From assembly GCA_951406725.2 (NCBI GenBank), contig OX597817.1, positions 135,656,001 through 135,720,000 of the forward strand: DNA of 64,000 nucleotides. The letters run 5' to 3'. How positions within the stretch are numbered: position 1 is the first letter of the stretch; each line of letters starts with the position of its first letter. Below the pieces are notes generated by a model. That model saw only the letters and a program-made list of their open reading frames with translations. It was not told the DNA's origin and did no database searches. Both the position numbers and the translations under genes were made by a program. Source of the DNA: Octopus vulgaris. Taxonomy: Eukaryota. This document shows, piece by piece, positions 39,801 through 54,219 of this stretch.

Positions 39801-40739
39801 TTTTTAATCCTTTCCTAACACTGAAGGTCAAAAGATAACTTTCACAGCATAAAATGACATAACACTACACCAGAAACTATTGATTTATGCTATTCTATTA
39901 AACAAGTTAAAACCCATCGTTTCTGTCATTTAATTGGTGCCATTTTATGTCAATTTAGCTCAAACCCAACATTTTTTAAAAGTGAATTCATTTGTCCGTT
40001 AGTCAGGCTAGAGTTACGTCCCATTACGTGGAGGGGAGAGAAGAAATAACAAGAGTCGCTTCAGTTGTCTCCTTTCCTTTGCAGGGAACAGTAAGAACTA
40101 TTAGCTGTCCCCTTTTAAATGAGGAAATCAACTTTGCTGAAAATAGACATAAACGAGAAAGTATGATTTGCAAGAGATGGACGTAATATCTCCCATACAT
40201 GATGCTAACAAAACATCTTTCCAAGAGTGTGTAAGAAGAAACCCTGCCTTCTCATAGATGCTAGCAAACATCAAACAAACGAATCCGATGTTGCAATCGC
40301 CCGTTACACCTCCCCTATCGGAATGGCCGTTAAAGGCAACATTGACTGTTCCTTTTTTTTCACCAAGGGGTGCAACACATAAGACTTTTTCCTCTTCATG
40401 AAGGGTTAGGCTTAAGTTATGTACGTATATGAGCTGGAGTTGAGCCTCAACCCATTTATACATAAACATACATATGTACGTGCATGTATACATATCTGGG
40501 GAAAACGAAACAATCAGAGAGCAACGGTTTTGAAAAATGAGATACCAGGAAAAGGGGTCAGTTTGGGAAAATAAGCGTTTACAGAAACTGGAAATGAGAT
40601 TCACATGGTTGGGAACGGCTGAAACAGAAGGAATTACAGGGCTCGGGACGAGTGTCTCATAATCGGGTAAAATGACACGATCTTATGCCAAGACAGAGAT
40701 TAGTGCCATAGCATTACAAAAGGTGAAATAACGTCATTT

Positions 40740-41230
40740 ATCCCTAAACGTAACACTATCAGTAACCACAAAAACTCTATCTCCAAACCAAACCCCTGAC
40801 CCTAACCTCAGTACAAAACCCTAACAACCCATAATGAACCCTAAGCCGTAAACACTAAACCTTAACCCCGAGTCCAAACCGTCACCCCCAAACACTAACC
40901 TTACCCTAAATCATGGTCCTGTCGTCCGGATAGTCCACCCATCCATCTAGCCATTCATTCATTCGTCCGCCCATCCATCGGACCGACCATACATTCGTCC
41001 GTCCGTCCGTCTATCCATCCAAGATGCCATACGTCTGTTTATCTGTCCATCCAAAGGCCAACCCACCCGACCATCCATTCACGTCTATCAGTTCATCCTT
41101 CCCTTTGTCCTTCTCTCCCTCCACCCGTCCATCTTGCCGACCAAGCATCCATCCAGCCGTCCGCCCTACTGCCATCCAGTTCATTCATCCGATCATTTGT
41201 CCATGCATGCATACATCCATCCATACTTAC
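40740..41230. repeat. Degenerate (CCCTAA)n followed by degenerate (CCAT/CCGT)n
   Basis: Scattered ccctaa/cctaac/ccttaa units to ~40910, then tetramer decay. Confidence 0.6.
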
Positions 41231-41398
41231 ATAAGGAACTTTCTGATATGCTGTTTTTCTTTTTCACCTTTTTTCTTTGGTCTGTCGTGTCCAAAACACG
41301 TTTTTAACAATAAACAGGCGATGAATCAAAACTGATCGCTCACTCTTTTCATCCATCTTATTGTTAAATGTAAAAGCCTTATAAAAACAAATAAAGTT

Positions 41399-41851
41399 GG
41401 CAATGTTTCGTTTGTCGTAGCACACGTTTCCGTCGATTTCCGTAAAAAAACTTTTATACTTTTACATATGGCTTTGCGGGAATATTTGAAGTAATGAGAG
41501 CGAAAGAGACTAAGAGGAAGCGATTTTATGACGAGGGAATTTCTTTTTGAAGTCCCCGTGTGTGTGTTTGATGGGGTGTGGGAGACAGACAGTATGTTGT
41601 GTAAGTGAAGTGCTTCTGTTAGTGTGTGCGAAGAGACAGAGAGAGAGTAATGTGTGAAAGAGAGAGATAACTGAAATGTTTTACTCGGTGTATGTGTATA
41701 TGTATGTCTGCATGTATGTGTGTGTGTGTGTATGTATCTATGTATGTGTGTGTGTATGTATGTGTGTGTGTATGTATGTATGGCCGATTCAGTGTTTACA
41801 TTTTTTACGGAAATCGACGGAAACGTGTGCTACGACAAACGAAACATTGCC
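41399..41851. mobile_element. MITE with ~50-bp TIRs and GG...CC ends
   Basis: ggcaatgtttcgtttgtcgtagcacacgtttccgtcgatttccgtaaaaaa and its reverse complement. aataaagtt precedes the left end and recurs 7 nt after the right end. Confidence 0.8.
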
Positions 41852-41914
41852 ATAGGGCAATAAAGTTATTACAACTGCCTCGCATTGATGTTTTAATCAT
41901 TTCTAATTAACAAA

Positions 41915-42352
41915 AATGAATCTTTACCAATCAATGACGTGTATTCAGAAGAATAAAATTACTGCTGTTATCTGTAAAACAAGAACTTCCGGCGGTGTAT
42001 ATTTCGTTTGTCACTGTTATTTATGACAACCCTAACCCTAAAACCCTAAAACCAGTACAAACGCACGAACGATGTCATAAATAACAGTGACAAACGAAAA
42101 ATACACCACCGATAGTTGTTGTTGACAAACAACGGCAGTAACTTTATTCAGCTGAATACACGTCATTGATTGGTTGAAATTACCGAAATAGGACAACTTT
42201 AACGTGAAATAACTTCGTAAATATAAGTTTTTCTCAAAAATGCTAAGAGTAAAAGATGTTTTATATGACACATTCTACCAGTGTCCAAAGATTGAAAGTG
42301 TTTAGTAACAAAAAATTATTTTTTATATCTGTAGGTCAAAAGGTAAAGATCC
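41915..42352. mobile_element. Diverged relative of the 33196 foldback arm
   Basis: Ends gacacattctaccagtg...caaaaggtaaagatcc like the 33990 terminus. Small internal hairpin with ccctaa units near 42030. Confidence 0.65.
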
Positions 42353-42935
42353 ACAAAAATAATGTAAACAATTGTAGCAAGGTCTTGATGCGAACTCGTG
42401 TAGGTTTAGCAACTAGGGTCAGGCTACACCAGATGAAATGACTGCCGTAAATCATCTTGCAGCAATATGATCCCATATTATCGAAAGTTTCAGTTGTTTG
42501 TGTATGAATAGGGATTATAAAAGCAAAAGCGAGACGGAATCAACGCAGAGATTTAGAGAAGGTTCCAGAGGAGAAAGACAAGCACAGGATAAGTGGGAAA
42601 CCAGTTCTTCACCAGAGGTGCACATGGCTGACACAGAACAACAGGTCCGTAAGAAGACTGGTTCCTTGGCTACCACTCGGCCTTGATTTAAAGGAATCGT
42701 TGACTATGAAGAACAAAGTATTTTCCCACCGTTTATACGAAGCTATTCTTATCTGTTATTAATTCAACCATGAACTCCATTTACAACTAGCAGACTACAG
42801 CCCCAGCAAGCATCTGTAGAATTGTGTAAATATTATGATGTACACATATATGAATAAATGTTTATCAAACACACTTCGGAATTGGTTTTAAAATGGGACG
42901 GCACGTAGCTAAATTTCATGCTAATTAATCTAGAT

Positions 42936-43726
42936 CAGTGGTTGCCAATCTTGGCACCCAAATCACCCTTGGCACCCAAATCACACTTCTAGCTCTCCCA
43001 CCCCAAACATCGACCTCTTTCTACTGCAAATTCAAAGCAATTGTATTTCACAAATAAAACTTAACCTAGCCAACCCATTATTTTGTTGTTTTTACAACAT
43101 GAAAGTCCAGATTTACATCCCACTTGTAACTACGTTGCTTCCATATTTTAACGCGATGGATGAACATTGTGCAACGCGCCATCAGCTTCTCGACATCAGG
43201 TTGAAACCAAACGTTAATCTTCGACGAAACAAACATAAGCAAGAAACATACTTTTATTGCTTGGCGAGGGGGGGGGACTAATTTAACTGTAAACTAAGTT
43301 TGATTGTCCTAAGTACATATATATTTACACTTAGTTATCAGTTTTCCTTATCGTAACACGCTCACACACACGTTCGTTCTTTTCATTTCGCAGCTCTTCA
43401 TCTTGTCGTTATCGATGCTTTTGTTCAACGTCATGTTTTTATCCTTCTAGCAAATTCTCTCGGGAATATAACCAGCTTCATCAGCAAACTTTTGGATTTT
43501 TAAAATTTATTTTTGTTCTCTGTTCTTGTTTGAAAGTAGTTTCTTTAAAAAAGGGGTTTTCAGATCTATTTTTAAACACTATTTTATATAGTTGAGTGTA
43601 CCATTGAAAAATATAGAGGGGCATTGTCATCCATCGTCTCCTTTTTGGCCACTCTATCATTTCCCCATTTTTTTTATTATCCTCCCCAACCCCGGAACTT
43701 TCTACCATCCACTTTGGTAACCACTG
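42936..43726. mobile_element. hAT (Charlie-like) non-autonomous transposon
   Basis: TIR cagtggttgccaa / ttggtaaccactg; TSD atctagat / atctagac (7 of 8). Confidence 0.8.
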
Positions 43727-45338
43727 ATCTAGACCCATCCGACCAGACGAACACACTATGTCTTTGAGTTATGATCTCAGGATGAAAGTGGGAAACTGAC
43801 ATTCTGAAAAAGTTTTTTCTTTTCTTTTCCAGATTTGTAACCTCTGTAAACATGGCACAAGAGAACAATTGGTGTGCTTCTTTGAATATATTTGAGACAA
43901 CCCAAAACGTTCGCAGTCTTACTGCAGTTGATGGCGTGTGATAATCGCAGGAATAGCCAAGTATCCTGATAATGAATTTGATATAGTAAGACGGGACATT
44001 GAATGTCAGCGGTGCAACTATCCTCCAATGTCACTAGTTGAAAAATTTATTTCTCCTTTCCTGATAAATAATTTAAGGATCTTCATCAATAATTAACAAA
44101 TAACAATGCAAATATTTTCACAACATAATTCTACCCTTAACTTAGTAATGTCACAAGTATTAACACCATTGTGAAGGAGATACTTTTTTTATGTTAACGA
44201 AATAAAGAAGACCGTGCTAATGATAATAATGATGTTGAATATAAGAGTAGAAGTGATGATAATGATGGTGATGAGAATAGTTTACGTAGAGAATGATGAA
44301 ATATACATCTTTTCTAATACAACATTATGAAACATATTTCTTTTAGAACATGAAACATACAAAATCCCACGGAATAAATTTAGTCAGTTAAAAACTACGT
44401 GATTACCTCCCCTGTTATCTGGTTCCGTTCTTTGTATGTCTTGGAAATGGAATTAAAAAGGCAATTAACGGTAATTAAAAGCATCAGGAAGAAACAGGTA
44501 CGGCATTCTGTATTTTATTAACATGAAAATATAAATCAAGGTTTGTGGTAAACTCTAAAAGTCCCCATGTAGCTTCGAAATCGTCTGTTTTGACTACTTT
44601 ATTATATATTTTGAGACAAGCTGGTCTTGTGTTACGTGTCGTTTTAATTGGGTCTCTTTCTTTGGAGATTAACGAAAGAATCTATAGAAAACAAAGGATG
44701 TCTTTATACTTTCATTGTTTAGTGTTCTTTTAGATACTTCGATTTCTGTTATTCGCTGCATCTTTAATACCAAAAGAAAGACAATGACAATATTTCTTAA
44801 ACCTAATTTGCCGTTTACGCACTCTTTACTTCTCCACGTAAACTCGACAACTTTCTTAACTTGTCTTTTCTGGCTCTTCGTTGCTTATTCATGCAGTAGT
44901 AAATGTGTGTTACATGTCCTGTAAGCACGGGGCACAGCACTTGCATATAATGTCTGTGTGCGAGTGATTCATTTTTGTATTTTTTACGCTTGTCTAGAAT
45001 AAGACAGCTCTTGCGCTCTGTGGATATTTGAATTTGCGTGTGTCTATTCCATATGTACATTTGACTGTGCTTCTGTGTGTGTGGTGATTGAGTACACACA
45101 CACACATATACCCACATGTAAACACACGTATATATCTGGTTATGGCTGGCCATGAACTTGCCATTGGATTTACGTCTATTATTGCTTTGGCAACTCCTTA
45201 GACGTATAGGTGCAAGCATGGCTGTGTGGTTCGCTTCCCAACCACATTGTTTTCAATTCATTTCTATTGCTCGGCACTGTGGGTCAGTGTCTTCAACTAA
45301 TGCCCCGTACCGACCAAACCAAAACTTAAGTTGGTTTG

Positions 45339-45855
45339 ATCATCATCATCATCATTGTTCGACCTTGGTCGAGACAATGGAATTTACTATGTTACGCCAG
45401 ACTTCACGGTCCATCATAGCATTACGGATGTCCTGTTGCTGGGTGCCTGTATCCCTGGAGATTACATCAGGGTAGGAGAGTGTGCGCCCTCTGGTATCGT
45501 GAGCAGATGGCTTCCAGAGGAGAAGAGTAGAAATTACCTCGTTTTCAGCTCTATAAAAATGTCCAGCAAACTGGACTCTTCTACCTTTCACAAGAGATGA
45601 TACAGGTGGTAATTTCCCATATATTTGTACTTTGGTTGGATGATGCTTCCACGAGAGATTTTGAGCTCTCATAAGGAGGCGAGTGTAAGTTCCATCCAAC
45701 CGCCTCTCAAGCTTCTTTGATAACGTCCAGGTTTCTGAGCCATATAGTAGAATTAGTTTGACTGTGGCTTTGAAGATTTTAAGTTTGAAATCTCTACTTA
45801 GATTTGATGACCAGATCTTATGCATATCATTACAGGCTGACCAGGCCATACCCTT
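45339..45855 (-). mobile_element. RTE-clade LINE 3' fragment (second family)
   Basis: KLKIFKATVKLILLYGSETWTL...RRVQFAGH...DREVWRNIV; (GAT)n tail. Confidence 0.88.
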
Positions 45856-46189
45856 TCTAGTTGATATGTATGACCCAAGATATTTGTAATAAGAAACTAT
45901 ATTTAATGGTTTGATAGACAGAAACTGAAAGATGTGTGTTTATGTATATGATATGATATATGATACGATATGTAATGGAGATGTACTTGCATAGCAAGTG
46001 TCTTGAGTTGAGATTGTGTACTGAAAGTAAAGCAATTGTTCCATGGTAGACGTAGCCATTCAGAAACACTCGAAGACGGTCAACTCAACTTTTATTTATT
46101 TGTGATATGGTGTCAAAATTTTCATTGTTTGAAATTGCGACCTGACAAAAAGTTTTGCCGCATCTTAGAGATGCAACAAAATTGTTTGG

Positions 46190-46680
46190 ATCATGTACTT
46201 AGAATAAGAACTGGATGGAGAAAGTTCAGTGTTGTTACCACTGCAAGTAATAAATGGTCCCTTTCTCAGAGTGAACAGGAAATTGCACAAATGTGTTTGT
46301 GTACAAACAGTGATGCTACATGGTTGTAAAATGCAAGCCATGCATGTAGGGGATATGCAAGGGAATGAAGCTTGCATGTTCCACTGGATGTGCAGTGTCA
46401 GTGTGCATGTATGGCAAAGTGTGTGTTGTGAGGCATCAAGTGTAGTGTGCAAGAAAGGACACTACACTGGTATGGTCATGTGATGCATATGGATGAGGAC
46501 AGGTGTGTAAGGAAGTGCCAATCAGCACATGTGATGGGACCTGTGGAAAAGACCCAGAAAGGCACGGGGACAAAGTAGTGAAGACCTATCTCAAGTCATT
46601 GTGCTTCTTAGAGATGACAAAGGACCGAAATAACTATTTGCTGTGCTCAGTAAGACCAACACACCTCGACAAAAGTGAGG
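46190..46680 (+). mobile_element. Highly decayed RTE RT C-terminus
   Basis: agaataagaactggatggagaaagttcag and ctacactggtatggtcatgtgatgc correspond to the RI..W.KF and L.WYGHV motifs, frameshifted. Confidence 0.65.
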
Positions 46681-47922
46681 TCCTAAAAGCATATCATTTT
46701 TGTCCCCTGCATTCAAGCTGTTCCCATCTTTCCATAACACCTTTAACTACAGCATTATCTCAACTGTTGTGTTGATATTTATATAAGAGCAGAGCTGCAC
46801 ATAATTTCATCCCCAACACTTTCGTGCTCCCAGTTTCCCCTCTCCCTGGAGCCACCTCCCCATATCACCCACTTCACATTCTCAATATCATCCCATGTCA
46901 CTATTGAACACCATCTCATATCAACCAACCCTCATCCACCCTTGTCTATATACACTCCTACATACCTCTGACCTCTACCCTTGCCATTGAGCACCTCTTC
47001 CTCTTCCCCACTCTTCACATCATTTCTCTTTCTCTCGTCTGTGCTCCATGAAGTATTGAAGGCTGATCTCAAGATGCTGAACCTTATAAAGGAGATGTAC
47101 TTAAGGAGCTGTGAAGAGGGAGAGATAGGGATAGGTAGGTTATGAGGGTGGATGTGTGAGGGTATTGAGAATGATAGCAGGTAATAATGGTGTTTAGGAT
47201 GGAGTGTAGCAAAGGGAGAAAAGAGCAGTGACTGAAGCTACAGAAATGAGGTGGGTAGGGATGATAAGGAATGGAAGTAATTTGGTGGGGTGGGGTACTG
47301 TTTGTGAAGGTATGGGATATATGTGTGACATTGCCCATAGGGGAGTACAGCAGTTGTATGGTACCAAAGATGAAAAACATTTCTGGAAAGAGAAGTATGT
47401 TATTGTCCACTGTTCTATGAAATATGTTACACAATCTGAAGATGTAATTTATACATAAGGAGGCTTCACACGGAGTTTGTCTGATGTAATTTAAGTTAAA
47501 TGTTTCAGGTGAAAGTTAATATCTACAATTTATCAATAGAGAAATGTACTAAAATTGTCTTTGTTGACTCCCTACGTTTTCAATGTCCTCTCAACCATCT
47601 TTTTATATTATTTCAGACTATCAGACACTGTTGGCAGTAAAGACTGAAGATGTTCTACAGAAGCGATATAATCCTGTTTATGTAAATTCATAAAAGAATT
47701 CTTGTGTTACATTTCCTCTGAATTGAGATTAACAGAATAATTTCTCTACTCTGGGGTGTTTACAAGATGACTTTGCATTCCAGTTAAACTCGGACACATT
47801 TACAATGGTTTGCAACATCTTTAGATTTTAAAAAAAGGCCATAGTTGATGGAACTTTAGCAGTAGAAATATTTACTTGGAATAAAATAGAAAGGCAAAAA
47901 CAAAAAAAGGTTTAATTGTATA

Positions 47923-49143
47923 ATGGTGAGAGAAGAAAAATTATGGGAAATGAATTTTGTGAAAACCAAGTTAAATGAGAAGACAGAGTCTGAAATGATT
48001 GGTTTTTCTAATGAGATGCAGAAAGAGAAAAAGGAAACCTCATATCACTGTGATATCTGCAAGGAATCATTCTCTGAAAAAGGTAACTTAATTACTCACA
48101 AACGTATTCATATAAGAGAGAAGGCCTATCACTGTGATATCTGTGGTAAATCAATCTCACGGAATGGTAACTTAACTCTACATAAACGTATTCACACAGG
48201 AGAAAAACCATATCACTGTGATATCTGTGGCAAATATTTCTCTGAAGGAAGGTTCTTAACTTCACACAAACGCATTCACACGGGAGAGAAGCCATACCAC
48301 TGCGATATCTGTGGTAAATCATTCTCGCAGTTAAGTGTACTAAAAACTCACAAACGTATTCACACAGGAGAGAAACCATATCACTGTGATATCTGTGGTA
48401 AATCATTTTCTTCAAGAAGCAACCTAGCTACTCACAAAGGCATTCATACAGGGGAGATGCCCCATCATTGTGCTGTCTGTGGAAAATCCTTTGCTACAAG
48501 AGGCCAATTAACGACTCACAAATATATTCATACAGGGGAGAAGCCATATCAATGTGATATCTGTGGTAAATCATTTTCTCAAAGTGGTAATCTAAATAAC
48601 CATAGACATATTCATACAAGAGAAAAACCATATCACTGTGATATCTGTGGTAAATCATTCACTGTTGGAAGTACCTTAGCCACTCATAAATATATTCATA
48701 CAGGAGAGAAACCATATCACTGTGATATCTGTGGCAAATCATTCTCTCAGAGTTGTAACCTAACTTCTCACCGACATATTCATACAGGAGTGAAACCATA
48801 TAATTGTGACATCTGTGGCAAATCATTCTCTCAGAGTTGTAACTTAAACACTCACAAACATATTCACACTGGAGAGAAGCCATATCACTGTGATATCTGT
48901 GGTAAATCGTTTTCTCGAAATGATTACCTAACTGCTCATAAATACATTCATACAGGAGAGAAACCATATCACTGTGATATCTGCGGTAAATCGTTTTCTG
49001 CCAAGAGTAATTTAACTACTCACAAGCGCATTCATACAGGTGACAAACCATATCACTGTGATATCTGTGGTAATTCATTCTCCCATGGAAATACCTTAAA
49101 CACCCATAAACGTATTCATGCACGGGACAGGCTATACAACTGA
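47923..49143 (+). CDS. C2H2 zinc-finger protein, 13 tandem fingers, single coding exon
   Basis: Repeated [15 protein letters not shown]...H...H. Candidate acceptor at 47616 and upstream donor cag|gtacgg near 44497. Confidence 0.95.
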   Translation: MVREEKLWEMNFVKTKLNEKTESEMIGFSNEMQKEKKETSYHCDICKESFSEKGNLITHKRIHIREKAYHCDICGKSISRNGNLTLHKRIHTGEKPYHCDICGKYFSEGRFLTSHKRIHTGEKPYHCDICGKSFSQLSVLKTHKRIHTGEKPYHCDICGKSFSSRSNLATHKGIHTGEMPHHCAVCGKSFATRGQLTTHKYIHTGEKPYQCDICGKSFSQSGNLNNHRHIHTREKPYHCDICGKSFTVGSTLATHKYIHTGEKPYHCDICGKSFSQSCNLTSHRHIHTGVKPYNCDICGKSFSQSCNLNTHKHIHTGEKPYHCDICGKSFSRNDYLTAHKYIHTGEKPYHCDICGKSFSAKSNLTTHKRIHTGDKPYHCDICGNSFSHGNTLNTHKRIHARDRLYN

Positions 49144-50474
49144 TATCTCTGCTAAATCACTCTCTCAGAAACATAGTTAAAATTCCATATGTTTGTATCT
49201 ACACAAATGCATAACTGTATAAGAAAATATTTTATATCACCACAAATATATTCACAGAGGAAAGAAAATATAAAGAGTCTGATAACCACCTGAGAAACAG
49301 TATTCTTTATAGTGATAACTATGTCCACATTTGTGAGATTATCTTTTACTGTGATAGTTTTAATAAATACATTTTTTCTGAATTCTCTTTGTCCATCTTA
49401 CATGTTTCCATAAGACAGAAAAGATACTCTTGATCTATTCAACATTCTGGGTAAATAGCAAGGAAATGTATTCTTATAAATCAGAAATAACATGAGTGTA
49501 CAGTTATTATGATTCATTTAAATACAAAACCCTGAAAAGAAATTATTCCATCATATCATATAATAGGTTATGTGTATGCTATATCATATATAGTTTACAG
49601 TTCTGTTAAGATAAGAATAACATGAAAAAGTGCTCCATGCATTGAGAGATATCGTTTAATGTACACAGTATAAAGATACGAGCTACTAATTGTATCTCCA
49701 AGCAATCTTCAGGCTCTGAGCACAGAGTTTGTTCAATTTACAAATCAGGATGTTGTTACAAAAGAAAAGAGAAAAAAACAAATTAGATGCAAAAAGTTTA
49801 AGGATGAATAAAAATGGAAAAAGAAAAGAAAATTAGAGTTATGTCCCCTTTGACTGTAAAGCCATAAGCTATTTTCAGAATAATTCAACAGAGGGGTCCA
49901 AAGTCTGTGAGACAGCAACTTAGTTTGGAGAGGGCAGTGTTCTCCGTTCACCTAAAGAGAAGTTTGTCTGTATGTTTACATTTGCTATAAATTTCAGATC
50001 AGGAACTCTTAGATCTAAAAGGAATATGTGATCTTTCAGCTATGCATAAGTTACATTTCTAAGATCCATTAACATATGGCATGGATTTCTCTATGATTCT
50101 ATGTGGTGTGCAGATGGTCTTCAAACCTCATACATAGCTGGCACATTGACAAAAGTAAAGCTGCTAAGCTGGTTTTTCTTTTGTTGATGTCTTTATTAGC
50201 ATCAGATTATCTTCACAAGATTTTTAGCAAGTGCATTTTTGAAGTTCTCAAATATCATTGTCTAAACATTTATCAAAGCAAGTCTGAGATTTTTCTTAGG
50301 CAAAATCATAAATGGTTTGAACATTTCGGAATATTTGGGTAAATATCAGCCATAGAAGTTTACCAATCCCAAAAAATGATACCATTTCTATTTTGTTAGA
50401 GGAAGGAAAATCATCTGATGTGATTTTCTGGACCATATTTTGATTTGAATGCTTTCCTTTGAAATGGAAAGTTC

Positions 50475-50785
50475 ATTATCATTGTTTAACATCTGCTTTC
50501 CATGCTGGCATGGGTTGGATGGTTTGACTGAGGGCTGGCAAGCCAGTAGGCTGCACTAGGCTCCAATCCAATCTGGTAAAGTTTGTACAGCTGGATGCCC
50601 TTCCTAACGCCAACCACTCTGAAAGTGTAGTGGGTGTTCTCTATGTGCAACTGGCACGAGGGCCAGTCAGGCGGTACTGGCATCAACCACGCTTGAATGG
50701 TGCTTTTTATGTGCCACCTGCATGGTAGCCAGTCAGGCAGCACTGGCAATGACCACGCTTGAATGGTGCTTTTTATGTGCCATCA
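50475..50785 (-). mobile_element. RTE 3'-UTR fragment
   Basis: Same family. Confidence 0.75.
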
Positions 50786-50862
50786 AAGTATTTTGTTGCT
50801 GGTAAAAATTCCTTTGTCTGAATTGTTACACCTCAGTAATTACACATGAAAACAGGTGTAAT

Positions 50863-51075
50863 TCCTTCACTTATTAGCAAGGATCGAATTTTATAAATTT
50901 TAATCTTCATGATACTTAAGGTTGCTTTGCTTTTGCACACTGATAATGGTACTTCTGGTGCCAAAAGCCATTCTTGGCTGTCCTAACAAACGAACATGGT
51001 ATTAATGGTAGTGGTTTCTTAAGTACCACGAAGATCAAAATTTATAAAATTCTATCCTTGCTAATAAGTGAAGGA
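50863..51075. mobile_element. Small MITE-like hairpin, ~57-bp TIRs
   Basis: tccttcacttattagcaaggat... / ...atccttgctaataagtgaagga. Confidence 0.7.
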
Positions 51076-51182
51076 TAGATTATATAGGGTGAATATAGAT
51101 CTGAACAAATTTAGCAGCAGAAACAAATTCTTTCTGGGTTTTGTACAGCAGCAGTAGGCTAAGTTTGGTTGTCTTTTTCATA

Positions 51183-51548
51183 AGGTGCAAGCATGGTTGG
51201 GTGGTAAGAAATTGTTTCTTGACCACATGGTTCCTGGTTCAATCCCACTACATGATACCTTAGGCAAGTGTCTTCTATATCTTTGGGCTGGCCAAAGCCT
51301 TGTGAGTGGATTTGATAGACGGAAACTGAAAGAAGCTTGTCGTGCACCTGTGTTTGTCCCCCCCTGCTTGACAACTGGTGTTGGTTTGTTTGCATCCCTG
51401 TTTAAAAGTTCAGCAAAAGAAGCAGATACAGAAAATATCAGACTTAAAAAAGTACTGGGATTTATTCACTCGACGAAAAATTCTTCAAGCTGTTGCTCCA
51501 GCATGGCTGCAGTTTAATGACTGAATGAAACAAGTAAACAATAAAAGA
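51183..51548 (+). mobile_element. tRNA-derived SINE (family of 10316)
   Basis: Same head and tail. Confidence 0.75.
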
Positions 51549-52559
51549 TAACTATTAATTAAATAGTTTACAGGATTTAAAACATAATGGATGTGTTTTT
51601 TTTTTTCAGTTTAATTCTGGTCTTATAATCTTGTAGTACTTTGGTATGTTTGGTGTCAGGCAAAGTTGTGCTGTTAGTATTTAATACATCAGTTCCAGCA
51701 AGACTGAATTTTATCACAATTCATCAGCATCACTACCAGTGTAATTTTCTACTGAGTGCCTGTTTTTATAATGTCTTAAATAAAACCCAAATCTGGAACC
51801 ATTAACCTTTAAAATGGAAAGGGTGCAAACAACTTTTGAGAAATTTAGCTTGACCAATAATTTTTGAAAATTTCCTTGAAATTTAGCTAACCTAACTGTC
51901 AGTATCCAACTACATATCCAAACTGACATTTAACTTAAACTTGAAATGCTTCTGTTTTCTTTTTCCTCTCTTGACCTCTGGTGTAAACACCTTTGTTTCA
52001 GTATCCGAGTTTATGCCATCATCCATTTGTTCAACTTATTTTAAACTTTTCTTTTCAAAGATATAAATCGATTTAAAGTGGTTTGGACAAAATTTGTATA
52101 TCTTTACAAATGCAGGCCATTTTCCTTAAACACATACTCAAAACCCACAAAGTTTGCATTCAGAAATTTTCTTTGTTTTGCCTGGGTGACACCAACTCTA
52201 GTAAAACATAACATTTTCTACTGTATGAAGTTGATGTCTACATCCCATGATATGTTTCCTAAATAAAGTTGTTCCAATATTCTTAACTATGATTTGAGAA
52301 AATCAGAATCCTATTATCCATCTTATTTTTGACCCTTAATCAGACCATTGGTAAATGGTGGAGATAATTCTGTGTATAAAAGGATCAGACAAAAAAGCTA
52401 TCATCATCTCTGGAATTATGTCTTGTACCTCTACCTTCATCCGCTGCATCCATCTGGTGTGACATTTTGACTGGACATGAAATACAATTTGTCTTACCTC
52501 AGCATCGGCATTGTTTTGTTTTTTTTTGTTCAAAATTCTTTATCACATTCTGGAATATG

Positions 52560-53930
52560 CACTTCACAGAAGTTGTCTGGATTGATATCAACAAAAATGT
52601 CTGGAATTGGGCCAGCAATGAGTACAGCAATAAATTTAGAGTGGAGGTAGAAATTCATGAGTGATCAGTACTCAGTCCCTTTCTGTTTATCATAGTCCAA
52701 AAGACTATAACAGAAGAGTTTAAGGGCCAAATGCCTGTGGGAACTCCTAATTGCTGGTAACCCCATTAATGTAGCTGAATCTGTAGTAGTATTCTGGAAA
52801 TTCCAGGTGTGGAATGAAAAGGTTTCATAGTTAATCTACCAAGACTAAAGTATTGGTAGGTAAGTAAACTGACAGGACCTTGCTTGCTATGTAGATATTC
52901 TATGCTGTGTCCCCAGTGCAAACTCCAAAAACAAGAGATGCAGTGGAATCATGGGAAGATAAACACAGAAAGCAGATGCATAGGAGCAAGAAACCCTAAG
53001 ACTATACAAAGATCTCTGGTAGTTGATTGCTTCTGTTACTTAGGTGACCTGACAAGCAGTAAATGAGGATGTTGTGAAGGTGTAGTGACTAAGAGTGATA
53101 ACAATCTGGAGAAAGTTTAGAGAACTACCACCTCTGTTGCTAACAAAAAGCTCTCTCTCTTAAAGTGAAAGCAGACTGTATGAGGCTTGTGTACAAACTG
53201 TATCATGGTAGTGAGGTGTGGGACCTTGACTGTAGAAAACCTGCAAAGACTAGAAGGAAATGGAGTCAGTAAGTGCAATGTCAGTGTAATTATGAATGAT
53301 GAAGGAAATGTTTTAAAAGAAAAGCTGACCATAAAAGGAATCGTTTGTAGTGTGCAAGAGAGAAGACTGCAGAGGTCATGTGATACACGTGAATGTCTAG
53401 GGTGGGTAAAATTCCCGAGATCCAAGGACGAGTTCTCTCCAGCAGTCCTTGTCCCTCATTATCACTGCTATGTCCTGAGTCTCCCAGAGACCAGTGTCTG
53501 TCCTTACAGCATCAACATATGTCATCCTCGGTCTCCCTTTTTTAGTGTGTCCATGTAGGGGCTCCCACAGGAACACTGAGTGCAGTGTCAACTCTGAATG
53601 ATGGTGAGCATGTCCAGCTAACCTCAGTCTCCTCCGTGTTATTTCTTTGCCAACTTTTGGGAGGCTCTCGTAACAGCTCTGAGTTCTTCATCCTCAGTGT
53701 ATACTGATTAATGTTCAGAGCCATCCTCAGCATTCTCATGTAGCATTCATGTGTAGAATGCCGAGAATACACATGAACGAGGACAACCGTATAAAGGTAG
53801 TTCTGATCCCTTATTGTGGGTGGAACCTGCGGAAGAAGGAAATCCAGGAAGACATAGGATGAGTGGTGAAGACTGATCTCAAGATGTTGAGCCTCATGGA
53901 AGAGATGACAAAAGACTAAGATGATTGGTA
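52560..53930 (+). mobile_element. Decayed RTE RT region with an antisense RTE fragment nested at 53397-53760
   Basis: tcagtactcagtccctttctgtttatcatagtc (SVLSPFLFII), FCYLGD and VQERRL on plus. LWEPLHGHTKKGRPRMTYVD on minus interrupts it. Confidence 0.7.
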
Positions 53931-54219
53931 TACATGCAGTGCTTTAAATGATGCATCCACCTGTGCGCGCAGGCAAAACTGATGATGAAAACAGTGACAG
54001 TGATGGAGGTTGGAAGTATAAAATCCATGCAAATGCCTGAGTCGCTTGCTCAATAAATCCTCGTTAAGGCTACATCTACTGCTTTCACCCCTTCATCTCA
54101 CTCCATCACTAACTCTTCTATCAGCTGAATTATTCTGCTACCATAATTAATGAGAGCAGAACCCATTACTACATGTGTCATGCACAACTAGCATTCCCTA
54201 CTGACCTCTATCTCTTACC

